Both the position numbers and the translations under genes were made by a program. Shown here in pieces: positions 1 to 8,491 of a DNA stretch of 61,788 nucleotides. Under the pieces are notes generated by a model, which had not been told where the DNA came from, made no database searches, and saw only the letters and a list, made by a program, of their open reading frames with translations. Numbering within the stretch: the stretch's first letter is position 1; each line of letters opens with the position of its first letter. The DNA comes from a virus (Duplodnaviria > Caudoviricetes): IMG/VR virus record IMGVR_UViG_3300021062_000016, positions 1 to 61,788 of that record. The stretch is one strand, 5' to 3'.

Positions 1-203
1 GCCCGTAGGAGCGGGCATAGCAGACGCTTGCGAAGCTCAATGAGGTCCGGCGGCATCCGGTCGTAAAGCTTGCACCATTCGGCCATTGTTTCTTCCGGGG
101 CATCCGGGGCGAGCGCAACGACAACATCGTCTATGCGCCAGAACAACCGCTCCTCGGAGGTGCGACCGCGCATGATCCGAGCCTCGGCGTCAGTCAATTC
201 CAT
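1..203 (-). CDS. Hypothetical protein spanning the circular join (MELTDAEARI...; stop at 61640-61642)
   Basis: ATG at 203 with purine-rich upstream (GGAAGGGATAGG); frame is open through the repeat and ends in TPAA-stop in the right-hand copy. Confidence 0.6.
   Translation of the reverse strand, partial: MELTDAEARIMRGRTSEERLFWRIDDVVVALAPDAPEETMAEWCKLYDRMPPDLIELRKRLLCPLLR
20..145. repeat. Terminal direct repeat, left copy (126 bp; probably assembly overlap)
   Basis: Identical to 61663-61788. Confidence 0.95.
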
Positions 204-327
204 TGCCTATCCCTTCCTTTCCTACCAGCGCCCTCAAGGGCGCCCTCTACTGAACCTGTCCCCCGTTTGTATACGTTTGGGGGACATCCCCCGGTCATCT
301 TCTCGGCCCTTGCGGGCCGTAATGGGG

Positions 328-444
328 TCATGGCGCGAAGCTCCCGCGACAAATGGGACGGCGACGGCTTTCAACTCCCCACACGCGCCCGCATTTTAGG
401 CAACGCCAAATCCCGCAAGCCTTTTCTTTCCACCAAGTGGACAC
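328..444 (-). CDS. Small Cys-rich hypothetical protein (38 aa, CLKC)
   Basis: GTG start with GAGGAGG upstream; MSTWWKEKACGIWRCLKCGRVWG... Confidence 0.35.
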   Translation of the reverse strand: MSTWWKEKACGIWRCLKCGRVWGVESRRRPICRGSFAP

Positions 445-464
445 CTATCCATCCCTCCTCACCG

Positions 465-654
465 GGAGTCGTGTGGATGACAACGGAGCCGGGCGGCGCG
501 CTACCAGACTGCGCCACGACACTTGCGTGTCGGCCGGATTTGAACCGGCGCAATGCTTGGGCATGACCCAAACACCCCGAGATGCGATGGGGCGCGACCC
601 CGCCACAGTTGCTCGGCTCCGCCATCGGCGTTCCGTTGTCATCTACACAACTCC
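465..654 (-). ncRNA. Circularly permuted tRNA-like RNA (YrlA/Y-RNA-like topology)
   Basis: Minus strand: T arm GCCGG-UUCAAAU-CCGGC, acceptor CGACAC-GCAA-GUGUCG, D arm GCGC-AGUCUGGUA-GCGC, enclosed by a 23-bp terminal stem (465-487/632-654). Confidence 0.7.
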
Positions 655-1038
655 GTCACAGCCCCTCCCCCAGCATGGGAGGGATGACTCATGGATGGCG
701 GGGCTGTCGCCGGGCTTACGCCCGGTAAGGGGCTGCCAATGGGTCGGTTCGGCAAAGGTGCCCGGATTGATCTTTGTGCTGTACCCCTCGCGGTCCCAGT
801 ACTCCCGGTCCCCGTCGCCGTTATCGACCCACAGGGAGACGTTCTCGCCTTTCTCCCCCTCGCGCTTGGTCCGGCAGTAGATGCGCTCAGGCATCGTCGC
901 CACGGGCTGCCAGCCCTCAGAAAGTGCGACACACGGGGCCGGATTCTCCTGGCCCGCTGCGGTCGATTTGGGGCCGGTGAGGGCGTCTAAGCCCTTGGCC
1001 TGTCTATTTGTGGAAGCCCTGCCGGGGTCGCCACTCAT
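643..1038 (-). CDS. DUF551-like protein; reading frame crosses attP, start uncertain
   Basis: WQPVATMP...EPTHWQPL motifs typical of DUF551. Confidence 0.55.
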   Translation of the reverse strand: MSGDPGRASTNRQAKGLDALTGPKSTAAGQENPAPCVALSEGWQPVATMPERIYCRTKREGEKGENVSLWVDNGDGDREYWDREGYSTKINPGTFAEPTHWQPLTGRKPGDSPAIHESSLPCWGRGCDGVV

Positions 1039-1096
1039 CGAAATAACCCTTTATTATCAACGGGTGCGACACATGGCGCGGGCCATGGTGCGACAC
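924..1096 (+). other. attP: core AGCCCTGCCGGGGTCGCCA (1015-1033) resembling a tRNA 3' end (tRNA-Arg-like), with arm-type repeats GTGCGACAC at 924, 1064, 1088
   Basis: T-stem/acceptor/CCA-like core directly downstream of the integrase operon; three identical 9-mers on both sides of the core. Confidence 0.75.
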
Positions 1097-1112
1097 CGAT
1101 GTTCACTTTTCG

Positions 1113-1604
1113 TCACAGACGCACCCCGTGGATTGCGTGTCCCAAGGCGTCGGCCGCGGTCCTTATCGAAGCCTCGATATTCTCAAGCGTGGTGGCGAAC
1201 CACTCCCCCGCTCGTCGTGTTGCCGCCATCGCTTCGTGAGAGGCGGCCTCGATCTCCCGAGCGAAGACCATGTTCGCCACAGAGAAAGCCCGGTGAATCT
1301 CAAGCTTGCGCGGGTTGCCGTTCTGAAGGTTCCGCAAACGGCGCTCGACGTTGCGCGCAATGCCGACCTTGAAGGGACCATTCCTCCCGCCGATGCAGTA
1401 GACGTAAGCGCCGCGGCCTAGGCTTGGACGCTTCGCTGGTTGCAATTCGCCGCGCACAAACATCACGTGCAGGGCCTCGAACTCTGGCGTGCCCGGCTCA
1501 TGGCGGATGCGAATGCGCTGCTGCCCACGCTTGCGAAAATACAGCCGCTCATTGCCGTGGCGGTCGGTGTCGTGGGTCAAATATTTGTAGTTACGCTCGG
1601 CCAC
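1113..1604 (-). CDS. GIY-YIG (T5orf172-like) nuclease with integrase-like N-terminal domain
   Basis: YVYCIG..FKVGIA..RRLRNLQNGNP..E..H..GEWF; GTG at 1604 preceded by AAGGAGG; N-terminus aligns with the integrase N-terminus. Confidence 0.85.
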   Translation of the reverse strand: MAERNYKYLTHDTDRHGNERLYFRKRGQQRIRIRHEPGTPEFEALHVMFVRGELQPAKRPSLGRGAYVYCIGGRNGPFKVGIARNVERRLRNLQNGNPRKLEIHRAFSVANMVFAREIEAASHEAMAATRRAGEWFATTLENIEASIRTAADALGHAIHGVRL

Positions 1605-2640
1605 GCTTGGCCTCCTTGGGGGTTTGATCCAACAGTTTCGCCGCTTCCCCGGCCAGGCGTTTGCGGTCTGCCCTGCGGGTGTAGCTCGTTGCCTGCCCCG
1701 GTGAGGTCCATCCGAACAGCGCCATGAGCTGGCGATCTGACGCGCCTTCGTCGGCCGCAATCGTCGCCCCGGCTTTGCGGAGACCGTGAGCGGAGCAGTG
1801 AGTAAGCCCCGCCTCGTTGCACCGCTCGCGGAACCAGTTGCCAAACCCGGCGGGCGTGAAGGGCTTCCCAAAGGAGGTCAGGAGGTAATGCATCTTGCCG
1901 CGGTGAAGGTTTAGGACCGCCCGAAGGCTTGGCAGGATGGGAAGGTCGCGCGCCTTCAGTTGCTGGCTGTCGCCCTTTTTCTCGATCAGCCTCAGCCACC
2001 CGTCGCCGGCCTCCAGTTGCCGGCCAAGGCCAACCACGTCGGATCGGCGCACTCCCAGGTAAAGGAGCAGGGCCATTGCCAAGCCAGCCTTCGTGTGTGC
2101 GGGATGCCTCTCGCGGAACTGCTCGATCTCCGCAACCGTCCATGTGTGGTGCCCGTCGCTGGGGGCCTTGATCTTCGCTAGATCACGGGCGGGATTGTGC
2201 TTCATGTGCCCCGCTTCGACCGCCCAACCGAACATCACGCGAAGGGCTTTCAGGAGGTTATTGGCAGCGTGGGGAAAGCCAGCCTTCTCGTCTCTGATCT
2301 TGCGGACGTACTTTGGCTCCAGGTCATGGATCTGACCGCCACCCCACGTGGGAAGCGTGGCCTCGATCATGGAGCGGCGGATTTTCTGAGTAGCGCCGTC
2401 AAGGCGCTTAAATTCCGGGCTCTTGAAATACTCCATGGCGAGCCAACGGTAGGTGCCTGGGACAATCCTCGCCGCGGAAGGCGGTAAGGGGCGAGCAGCC
2501 AGGGCAGCCTTGTACTCGGTCATGAAGGCGTCGGTTCCGGGCGTCTCGCGCATCCTGATCCGCTGCCGGCCTCGCTTGCGGAAGTACACCCGCACGTTGC
2601 CGTGGCGGTCGGGTTCCTCGGACAGGTACTTGAGCTTCAT
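1591..2640 (-). CDS. int: Tyrosine integrase
   Basis: GVRRSD, HGLRK, LFGW...Y catalytic motifs. Confidence 0.95.
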   Translation of the reverse strand: MKLKYLSEEPDRHGNVRVYFRKRGRQRIRMRETPGTDAFMTEYKAALAARPLPPSAARIVPGTYRWLAMEYFKSPEFKRLDGATQKIRRSMIEATLPTWGGGQIHDLEPKYVRKIRDEKAGFPHAANNLLKALRVMFGWAVEAGHMKHNPARDLAKIKAPSDGHHTWTVAEIEQFRERHPAHTKAGLAMALLLYLGVRRSDVVGLGRQLEAGDGWLRLIEKKGDSQQLKARDLPILPSLRAVLNLHRGKMHYLLTSFGKPFTPAGFGNWFRERCNEAGLTHCSAHGLRKAGATIAADEGASDRQLMALFGWTSPGQATSYTRRADRKRLAGEAAKLLDQTPKEAKRGRA

Positions 2641-2942
2641 TTCCCCGCTGCCGTCCTTAAGGATGATTCGCATATGGCCTCCCAGGAATTGCCCCCGCCG
2701 CTATCAGGCAACGCCTCAAAGGCCAGTGTCAACTTACGGACGGACCATACCGACCGCCCGTCGATCTTCTTGGGTCCGGGCATACGCCCGTCCTCCACCA
2801 TTTCTAGGAACTTGGTGAGCGAAACCCCAATAAAGGCAGCCGCTTCCTCTCGGGAAATGCCGGCGGGAGGTAGGCTCTTGGGCAATACGTCGCCCTTCGG
2901 CCGGCGGCCATCCTGCGGAACGAGCTTCAGGGGTTGTGTCAT
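2637..2942 (-). CDS. Excisionase / AlpA-like HTH protein
   Basis: SREEAAAFIGVS..FLEMVEDGRMP..KKIDGRSVW; directly upstream of int. Confidence 0.8.
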   Translation of the reverse strand: MTQPLKLVPQDGRRPKGDVLPKSLPPAGISREEAAAFIGVSLTKFLEMVEDGRMPGPKKIDGRSVWSVRKLTLAFEALPDSGGGNSWEAICESSLRTAAGK

Positions 2943-3032
2943 TCTATCCCCACCTGAGGAGGGAGGAATGGGGGCGCTGTTGAAGCGCGACGCTTATGCG
3001 TCGTAAGGGCTTGGCAATGGGTGCGGTCGGGG

Positions 3033-3605
3033 TCATGCCGCCACCTTCATCGCGTCGATGTTGCACTGGTGGACGGTGAAGGTCGGGGCGACGACTTCTG
3101 CGTTGGCCGCCCACGCGCCTTCGCCGTGCAGCGACTCCCACAGTCGCTTGAACAGCCGCCACGGTGCGACGCCTTCCTCAGGGGTCACGCCTTCAGCGAG
3201 CGCGTCGATCCCGTCGATGTCATTAAGCCGCTCGATCTTGGTGGCCTTCACCACCAGCGTCAGGCGCGACGCCCAGCGCGGCATGTGGATGGAGGGTATG
3301 CCCTTGGCGTAATGAGACGAGCCACGCACGCTCGATGCCGCGGAATCATCCGCCGTGTATGTCCAGTTCAACTCAGCATCGCGTTTAAGTGGCTCGAAGT
3401 CCTCGTCGCGGTTTGGGTAGAGAAATAAGTTCTCCCGCACCCAAAGCCGGTCGCCCGGCTTCACCTTCTGCCAGGGCGATGGCGTGACGATGCACGGCGC
3501 TGCTCCCTTTATGGGCCGCCACGCCAGCCGCCGCGTCATCGTCTTGCGGCCTTCGAGCAGAGCCCGAACCATCGACGCGGAAAAGATGATTGGAATATCG
3601 GTCAC
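3033..3605 (-). CDS. ASCH/PUA-like phage protein
   Basis: IIFSASMVRALLEGRKTMTRR, GDRLWVRE, PSIHMPRWASR. Confidence 0.75.
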   Translation of the reverse strand: MTDIPIIFSASMVRALLEGRKTMTRRLAWRPIKGAAPCIVTPSPWQKVKPGDRLWVRENLFLYPNRDEDFEPLKRDAELNWTYTADDSAASSVRGSSHYAKGIPSIHMPRWASRLTLVVKATKIERLNDIDGIDALAEGVTPEEGVAPWRLFKRLWESLHGEGAWAANAEVVAPTFTVHQCNIDAMKVAA

Positions 3606-3657
3606 TTCCCCATCTCCTCAGGCGCGCAAGCGCCGCTACTTAGGATGTAGTTGAGGG

Positions 3658-3945
3658 TCATGGGGGCTGCGCCGATGCTTGCGCATCGGAAGGAAGAAGG
3701 CCTGGCAACGAGTGTGCAAACGGGCGGTCCTCGTTCTTTGCCAGCGCTGCGGTCCAATTCGCAGCCAATACCTTGGCGTCTCCGGTCGGCACTGCAAACA
3801 GCCTCACACCGTTGAACGTGCCCTCGACGTTGCAATTGAGCGTTTTCGCGAGCGCTACCATCTCACCGCACGCATCCTCAATCCTCGATCCGACCGCGAT
3901 GTCGATATCGAGCGTCAGTGTTTTGACCCGATTGCCGTAGACCAT
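3658..3945 (-). CDS. Hypothetical protein
   Basis: ORF in operon orientation. Confidence 0.6.
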   Translation of the reverse strand: MVYGNRVKTLTLDIDIAVGSRIEDACGEMVALAKTLNCNVEGTFNGVRLFAVPTGDAKVLAANWTAALAKNEDRPFAHSLPGLLPSDAQASAQPP

Positions 3946-4003
3946 TTCCCAATCCCTTTGTCTGTTACAGCGGCGCAAGCCGCCCTACTTACCTACTTAC
4001 CAA

Positions 4004-4501
4004 TCACGTAGAAGCGGAGACTGTTATCTTCTCCCCTCGACACACGCGCTCGAAGGCGTCGAGGACGACGGACTTGGGGACGGCCTCCGGTGGATACTTG
4101 GCAAACTCGGGTATGAGATCCCTTATCCGGTCTGGTTTCACTTCCTGCTCCAATCTTGAGAAAAACGGAGCGTTGCCCCAGAAGATTAGTGACCTCATCT
4201 CGCCATCCGGTGGAGACATCGCGAGCAGGCGGCTAAATTCATCGTCCGGATCAGAGTCTCTCGCGATGGAGAGATGGCCGGCGATGCAGCAGAAACACGC
4301 CGCTTTTGGCGAACGAACGCTGTCGAGAACACCCTCATCAGTCGTTCGGGCGTAGTAGTAGGGAAAATAGAACGTCTCCGCCGGGTACTGCTTCAACAGG
4401 TCCAACGCCTCCTGTTGATCGCGCGTAAGCGCGGGCTTCATTTCCTTCGGTGGGAACTCAATCACTTGATGTTCTGGTGATGTAGGGGAGAGGGGTTTCA
4501 T
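4004..4501 (-). CDS. Hypothetical protein (CFCCIAGH motif)
   Basis: 165-aa ORF in operon orientation. Confidence 0.65.
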   Translation of the reverse strand: MKPLSPTSPEHQVIEFPPKEMKPALTRDQQEALDLLKQYPAETFYFPYYYARTTDEGVLDSVRSPKAACFCCIAGHLSIARDSDPDDEFSRLLAMSPPDGEMRSLIFWGNAPFFSRLEQEVKPDRIRDLIPEFAKYPPEAVPKSVVLDAFERVCRGEKITVSAST

Positions 4502-4540
4502 GACCTGTGAATCCTTTATTGATGTTGGGCTTTGCGGGGC

Positions 4541-4951
4541 TTACGCCCCTTGCTTGGCAATGAATTTGTGCAGGTCGGGTTGAGCGACGACGTACTTGCT
4601 GCGCTTTGTGATTTTGTTGCCGTGCTTCGCGATGAGCGCCTTAGCCTTCTGACCTGCTAGCGCGAAGTCATCGCTGTCGCCCTGGGCGTGGCGAGCAACG
4701 ATGTCATCCCAATCCGCGAGCGCGTCGATTTCTGTGGCGCAGGCGACCGCGCGTTCCAGGTCGTCCCAATTTGATGGGAGGGCAAGCCCGGTTTGGTGGT
4801 GTGTAATGCGCCAGTGGTCGCCAGATTTACCGACGCCGCGATGGACGCAGAGCCGACCGACCATGATGCACGGCTCAGATGTCTTCAGGGTGCCATCGGA
4901 ACGCGCTATGTAGACTGTGGCGTCAAACTTCGCGTCCTCCTCACGCGCCAT
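4541..4951 (-). CDS. Hypothetical protein
   Basis: ORF; WRITHHQTG motif. Confidence 0.65.
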   Translation of the reverse strand: MAREEDAKFDATVYIARSDGTLKTSEPCIMVGRLCVHRGVGKSGDHWRITHHQTGLALPSNWDDLERAVACATEIDALADWDDIVARHAQGDSDDFALAGQKAKALIAKHGNKITKRSKYVVAQPDLHKFIAKQGA

Positions 4952-4990
4952 AAGGCGCGCCCCTTGGCCCTCATTCCCCATGATCCTCTC

Positions 4991-5176
4991 CTATGGTGTG
5001 GGTGGCTCTGGTAGCGGCATCCAATGGGTGGGGTCTGATACGGGGTCTCCTTCCTCGTCGATCCACCCATCGCCGCGCCATTCAGTCAGCCCGTAGACCT
5101 TACTGCGAGCCCAATAGCCGAGAATCTCAGTCCCATCCTTCGGCGCAGTCGAAATCGGTTTCCATCCCCCGCTCAT
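4991..5176 (-). CDS. DUF551 family protein
   Basis: WKPISTAPKDGTEIL...PTHWMPLPEPP. Confidence 0.85.
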   Translation of the reverse strand: MSGGWKPISTAPKDGTEILGYWARSKVYGLTEWRGDGWIDEEGDPVSDPTHWMPLPEPPTP

Positions 5177-5595
5177 TCTGTAGAGCCTCCCTGCTTCTCC
5201 TGGAGCTTTGCTTCGTAGCGTTTGCGAGCCGGGGATATCTCCCACAGCCTCTTGGCTATCGCCTTCATGTCGATGCCCCATTCCTTCTCGAAAGCAGGCT
5301 CGCCAATTTGGTGCTGGCGCTTATGCGCCAGGGAGCACAGGGGAATGGTGAATGAATCGGACGGCTTCAATGATGTCCCGCCATCGGTCCCGGTGCGGAC
5401 GTGGGCGGCTTCGATGATCCCCTCGCATTCGTGCTGGTAGCCGTTCCACCCGGCGTCACCCGTGCAGGCCCTTGGCTCTCTCCCTGCCAAACAGCACACA
5501 AACGAGCGAATGAACTTTAGGTGAGACGCACACCGTATCTGTGACGGCTCCCTCACATTCATCCGGGGGCGCTGGCGACGTTTGGGCAGGTTCAT
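5173..5595 (-). CDS. DUF968-like putative HNH nuclease
   Basis: HLKFIRSFVCC, AAHVR, KPSD..IPLC..H..QH. Confidence 0.75.
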   Translation of the reverse strand: MNLPKRRQRPRMNVREPSQIRCASHLKFIRSFVCCLAGREPRACTGDAGWNGYQHECEGIIEAAHVRTGTDGGTSLKPSDSFTIPLCSLAHKRQHQIGEPAFEKEWGIDMKAIAKRLWEISPARKRYEAKLQEKQGGSTE

Positions 5596-6161
5596 GCGCG
5601 GCCTCTGTAGTCGAACGACGCCAACAAGCGGTCCCAATTTTCGCCATGGGTGCTGTTCGGGAAATCCAGTTGCTTCTTGCTGGTGATGCCGAGAACCTCT
5701 TTCAGTGTGAGGTCCGCAGCTTCAGGCGACAAACATTTGCCGTCGATGTAGTGACGGTCCCATATCTTCGGGTACGTCTCGGCAAGCCAGATTTGGAAGC
5801 CCTCGTCTTGAAGCTTGATTGCAGCCTGACGGCTTCTCGGTAGATCCCGGAAAGGTGTGCGGGGCTTATCCTGCGCTTTGCCTTCCGCGTCTTGGGGCTC
5901 GGGTAGCGGGTCATGAGCGAGCGCAGACCCATTCTCTACAGGCGCGCAAGCGCCTGCCCATTTCTTGAACGCATCCTCAGATATTCTGGTAATCGCAACG
6001 TACTTCTTAGCGCCGTCTAGCGACGGCGGAACACCCAAGACAACTTGGTTCGCCTCCCACAGCTCTAGGGGCATCTCTACGGTGACGCGCGCCACAGCGA
6101 GCTTGGTCAGGTACTCGACCTTCGTGTAATAGCCGCCGAGGACTGCGGGACGGTCGGACAC
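5592..6161 (-). CDS. Hypothetical protein
   Basis: 189-aa ORF coupled to neighbours. Confidence 0.7.
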   Translation of the reverse strand: MSDRPAVLGGYYTKVEYLTKLAVARVTVEMPLELWEANQVVLGVPPSLDGAKKYVAITRISEDAFKKWAGACAPVENGSALAHDPLPEPQDAEGKAQDKPRTPFRDLPRSRQAAIKLQDEGFQIWLAETYPKIWDRHYIDGKCLSPEAADLTLKEVLGITSKKQLDFPNSTHGENWDRLLASFDYRGRA

Positions 6162-6164
6162 GGG

Positions 6165-6587
6165 TTAGCGCCACTCCGGGCTGAATGGGATTGGATCGTC
6201 GTCCATGTGGGCGGGGCCTTGGCCCTTAGGGGCCGTGCTCGGCTTCCCATCCAGCAGAATCAACTCCGCACCGAAGCCCTGTAGCACCACCTCGGTCGAG
6301 TATTTGTCGTTGCCGTCCTTGTCCTGCCACTTCCGGGTTTGAAGCTGACCGGCCAGGTACACCTTCGATCCTTTGCGGGTGTACTTCTCCGCAATCTCAG
6401 CCAAAGGCCCGAAGATGACGACGCGGTGAAACTCCGTCCGCTCCTTCTTCTCGCCCGTGGCTTTGTCCTTCCAACTTTCGGAAGTCGCCACGGAGACGTT
6501 GGCGACCTTGCCGCCGTTCTGCATTGTCCTAACCTCGGGGTCTCTTCCGAGATTGCCGATCAGCATGACGCGATTGAGAGATGCCAT
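6165..6587 (-). CDS. ssb: Single-stranded DNA-binding protein
   Basis: [15 protein letters not shown]...DDDPIPF. Confidence 0.95.
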   Translation of the reverse strand: MASLNRVMLIGNLGRDPEVRTMQNGGKVANVSVATSESWKDKATGEKKERTEFHRVVIFGPLAEIAEKYTRKGSKVYLAGQLQTRKWQDKDGNDKYSTEVVLQGFGAELILLDGKPSTAPKGQGPAHMDDDPIPFSPEWR

Positions 6588-6592
6588 TGGTC

Positions 6593-7333
6593 CTATTCCG
6601 CTGCGTGTTGAATTGGTGCCTTCGCCTGTTCGCATTTCGAGAGCCAGGCTTCCATTGCCTTGGGGTTGCCCAGTTGCGTAGCAACCTTGAGGGCTTCCCC
6701 CCTCAATCCCGTTCCATCGGGGCCGGTCCACTCATTCGTGAAGATGGTCGCCACTTTGATGAACAGCGGCTTTCTGTCGTTCAGGAGGGCTAAAAGCTGC
6801 TCCCAATCAGAGCAGGCGTGGATTTCACGCATGACCTCGCGGACTTCCACCTTCACAGCAGAGATGCCGGGAGGGTTCTTGCCCTGGGTTGGGTCTGGGA
6901 AGTGTTCCGGGGCGCGGTCGCCGTTCGTCCGGTGCGTGCCGTTCTGCACAGCCGCGTTGCCATCATCGTCCTCAGCAATCACCCCAAGGGCTGCGGAGAG
7001 GGCGTACCGCCGCCCATACGAGATACCGGAGCCGACGCCGTGAGCGTCACGCTTGGAGAGCGGGACCACGATGGGGCCGAAGTCGATGAACTGGCCGGAC
7101 TCGTGCGCGATCCTGGTAACGACGGAGACGCCATCGGGCGTAAGCCCGACATCCTGGAGAGCAACCAGCTTGTTGTCCGATAGGGGTTTGCGAACGGCCT
7201 CCCACACCGAGGACAGGTCCGCGTACTTAGACTTGAAGTGCGGGTTGGTTGAGTCCTTCACCGCCGGCTGCAGAGCTGCTTGCGCCTTTTGCAGGGCCGC
7301 AAAGAGTTTCTCGGTTGTCTCACTGGTTCGCAT
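6593..7333 (-). CDS. erf: ERF-family ssDNA annealing recombinase
   Basis: [28 protein letters not shown]. Confidence 0.9.
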   Translation of the reverse strand: MRTSETTEKLFAALQKAQAALQPAVKDSTNPHFKSKYADLSSVWEAVRKPLSDNKLVALQDVGLTPDGVSVVTRIAHESGQFIDFGPIVVPLSKRDAHGVGSGISYGRRYALSAALGVIAEDDDGNAAVQNGTHRTNGDRAPEHFPDPTQGKNPPGISAVKVEVREVMREIHACSDWEQLLALLNDRKPLFIKVATIFTNEWTGPDGTGLRGEALKVATQLGNPKAMEAWLSKCEQAKAPIQHAAE

Positions 7334-7449
7334 TTACTTCCTCCGTCCTCTTCCTGAGAGCGCGCAAGCGCTCTGCTTCCAACTTGATGGCCCAATAAAG
7401 TCTGATCCGTGTGACGTAGTGCATGGGGGTAGTCGCCGCTTACGCGGCT

Positions 7450-7821
7450 TCAGAAGGGCACAAGGTCCTCTTGGGCGGGCGCGGTCGAGGTCGTGGCCTT
7501 AACCTCGATTTCATCGTTCGTGATTTCGAGACCGCTGGTGCTCTCCAAGTCACGGTGCCGTTGCTGAGCTTCGTGCTCGTACTCGAACGTCTCGTTGACC
7601 TTGAGACCCCGGTACTCGCCGTGGAGGCGCCACACCTTCTTGGTCTCCGGTGCGGCGGGAACGCTGGCGGTCATCGAGTAGGACTCCATGCCGACCCGCA
7701 GCGCATTGCCGTCCTTATCGCGAATGACGACGTTCTTCAGCGAGCGGTCGCAGTAGTCGAGTCCGACCGTGACCCCGGACAACTTGATTTGCTCAGCAGA
7801 CTTGATCGTTTCCCATTTCAT
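7450..7821 (-). CDS. Hypothetical protein
   Basis: ORF with AAGGA RBS; C-terminal DLVPF. Confidence 0.6.
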   Translation of the reverse strand: MKWETIKSAEQIKLSGVTVGLDYCDRSLKNVVIRDKDGNALRVGMESYSMTASVPAAPETKKVWRLHGEYRGLKVNETFEYEHEAQQRHRDLESTSGLEITNDEIEVKATTSTAPAQEDLVPF

Positions 7822-7907
7822 TTTCGTTCCTTTCAGAAACAGCCCATAACAACCAGCCCAGATGCTCACCAACCCGAGGGTATCGAGGATGAAGGCCTTG
7901 GCGTCTG

Positions 7908-8201
7908 TCATGCGACATCCCGGTATCCAAGGATGTCGGCCAAGTGCTCGCGCTGTTCCTCAGGCGTCTTGTGCGAGAGTATCCAAGCGCGGGCCTTTTC
8001 CATCGACGCGGCGAAGGTGGGAGCCTCGAAGTCTTGTTTTGTCGCGTCGCCGAGCGTAATGCGGCAGCAAGCGTTTGGTTTGACGCCGGGCGTATAGTGC
8101 ATCCGATCGACAGAAACGTAGCTAGTCAGGCGGATGCCGCGCGCCATGCACTCTTGCCGAGCCCACTTCACGAAGTCGTCAATCTGCTGTTCCATTGTCA
8201 T
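7908..8201 (-). CDS. Hypothetical protein
   Basis: ORF in operon. Confidence 0.6.
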   Translation of the reverse strand: MTMEQQIDDFVKWARQECMARGIRLTSYVSVDRMHYTPGVKPNACCRITLGDATKQDFEAPTFAASMEKARAWILSHKTPEEQREHLADILGYRDVA

Positions 8202-8204
8202 GCC

Positions 8205-8489
8205 CTACTCCGCCGCCGCTACTTCACGCGCGTAAGCGCGCTTTCCATCCCTATAATCGTTGTCGTCCTCCAGATCCCTCATCCACCCTCTGACTGAATC
8301 CCCCAGGATGTCGTGCTCATGGGAGTTGATGAGGCTGCGGAACTCCTCCATCAGGTCGTCGGGGCTTTGCTTGAGCGTCTTGATTTCCAACAGGGCGCCG
8401 TAGACCTCGACCTTCATTTCCCTGAGATGTCTGGAAATGATTCTCTCTGCTGCGAGTAGGATGGCTTTGTCGTCAGAGGGGAGGTGCAT
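8205..8489 (-). CDS. Hypothetical protein
   Basis: ORF with AAGGAG RBS. Confidence 0.65.
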   Translation of the reverse strand: MHLPSDDKAILLAAERIISRHLREMKVEVYGALLEIKTLKQSPDDLMEEFRSLINSHEHDILGDSVRGWMRDLEDDNDYRDGKRAYAREVAAAE

Positions 8490-8491
8490 CG

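Noticed and set aside
20-145. Biological direct terminal repeat
   Set aside because: Length close to a common assembler k-mer and falls mid-gene; more likely an assembly overlap
465-654. Canonical tRNA or two-piece tmRNA
   Set aside because: No anticodon loop or CCA; has a real D stem and lacks the Ala G3-U70 acceptor and a tag reading frame
1015-1033. tRNA gene
   Set aside because: Only a 3'-end fragment; no D or anticodon arm upstream, so called as the att core
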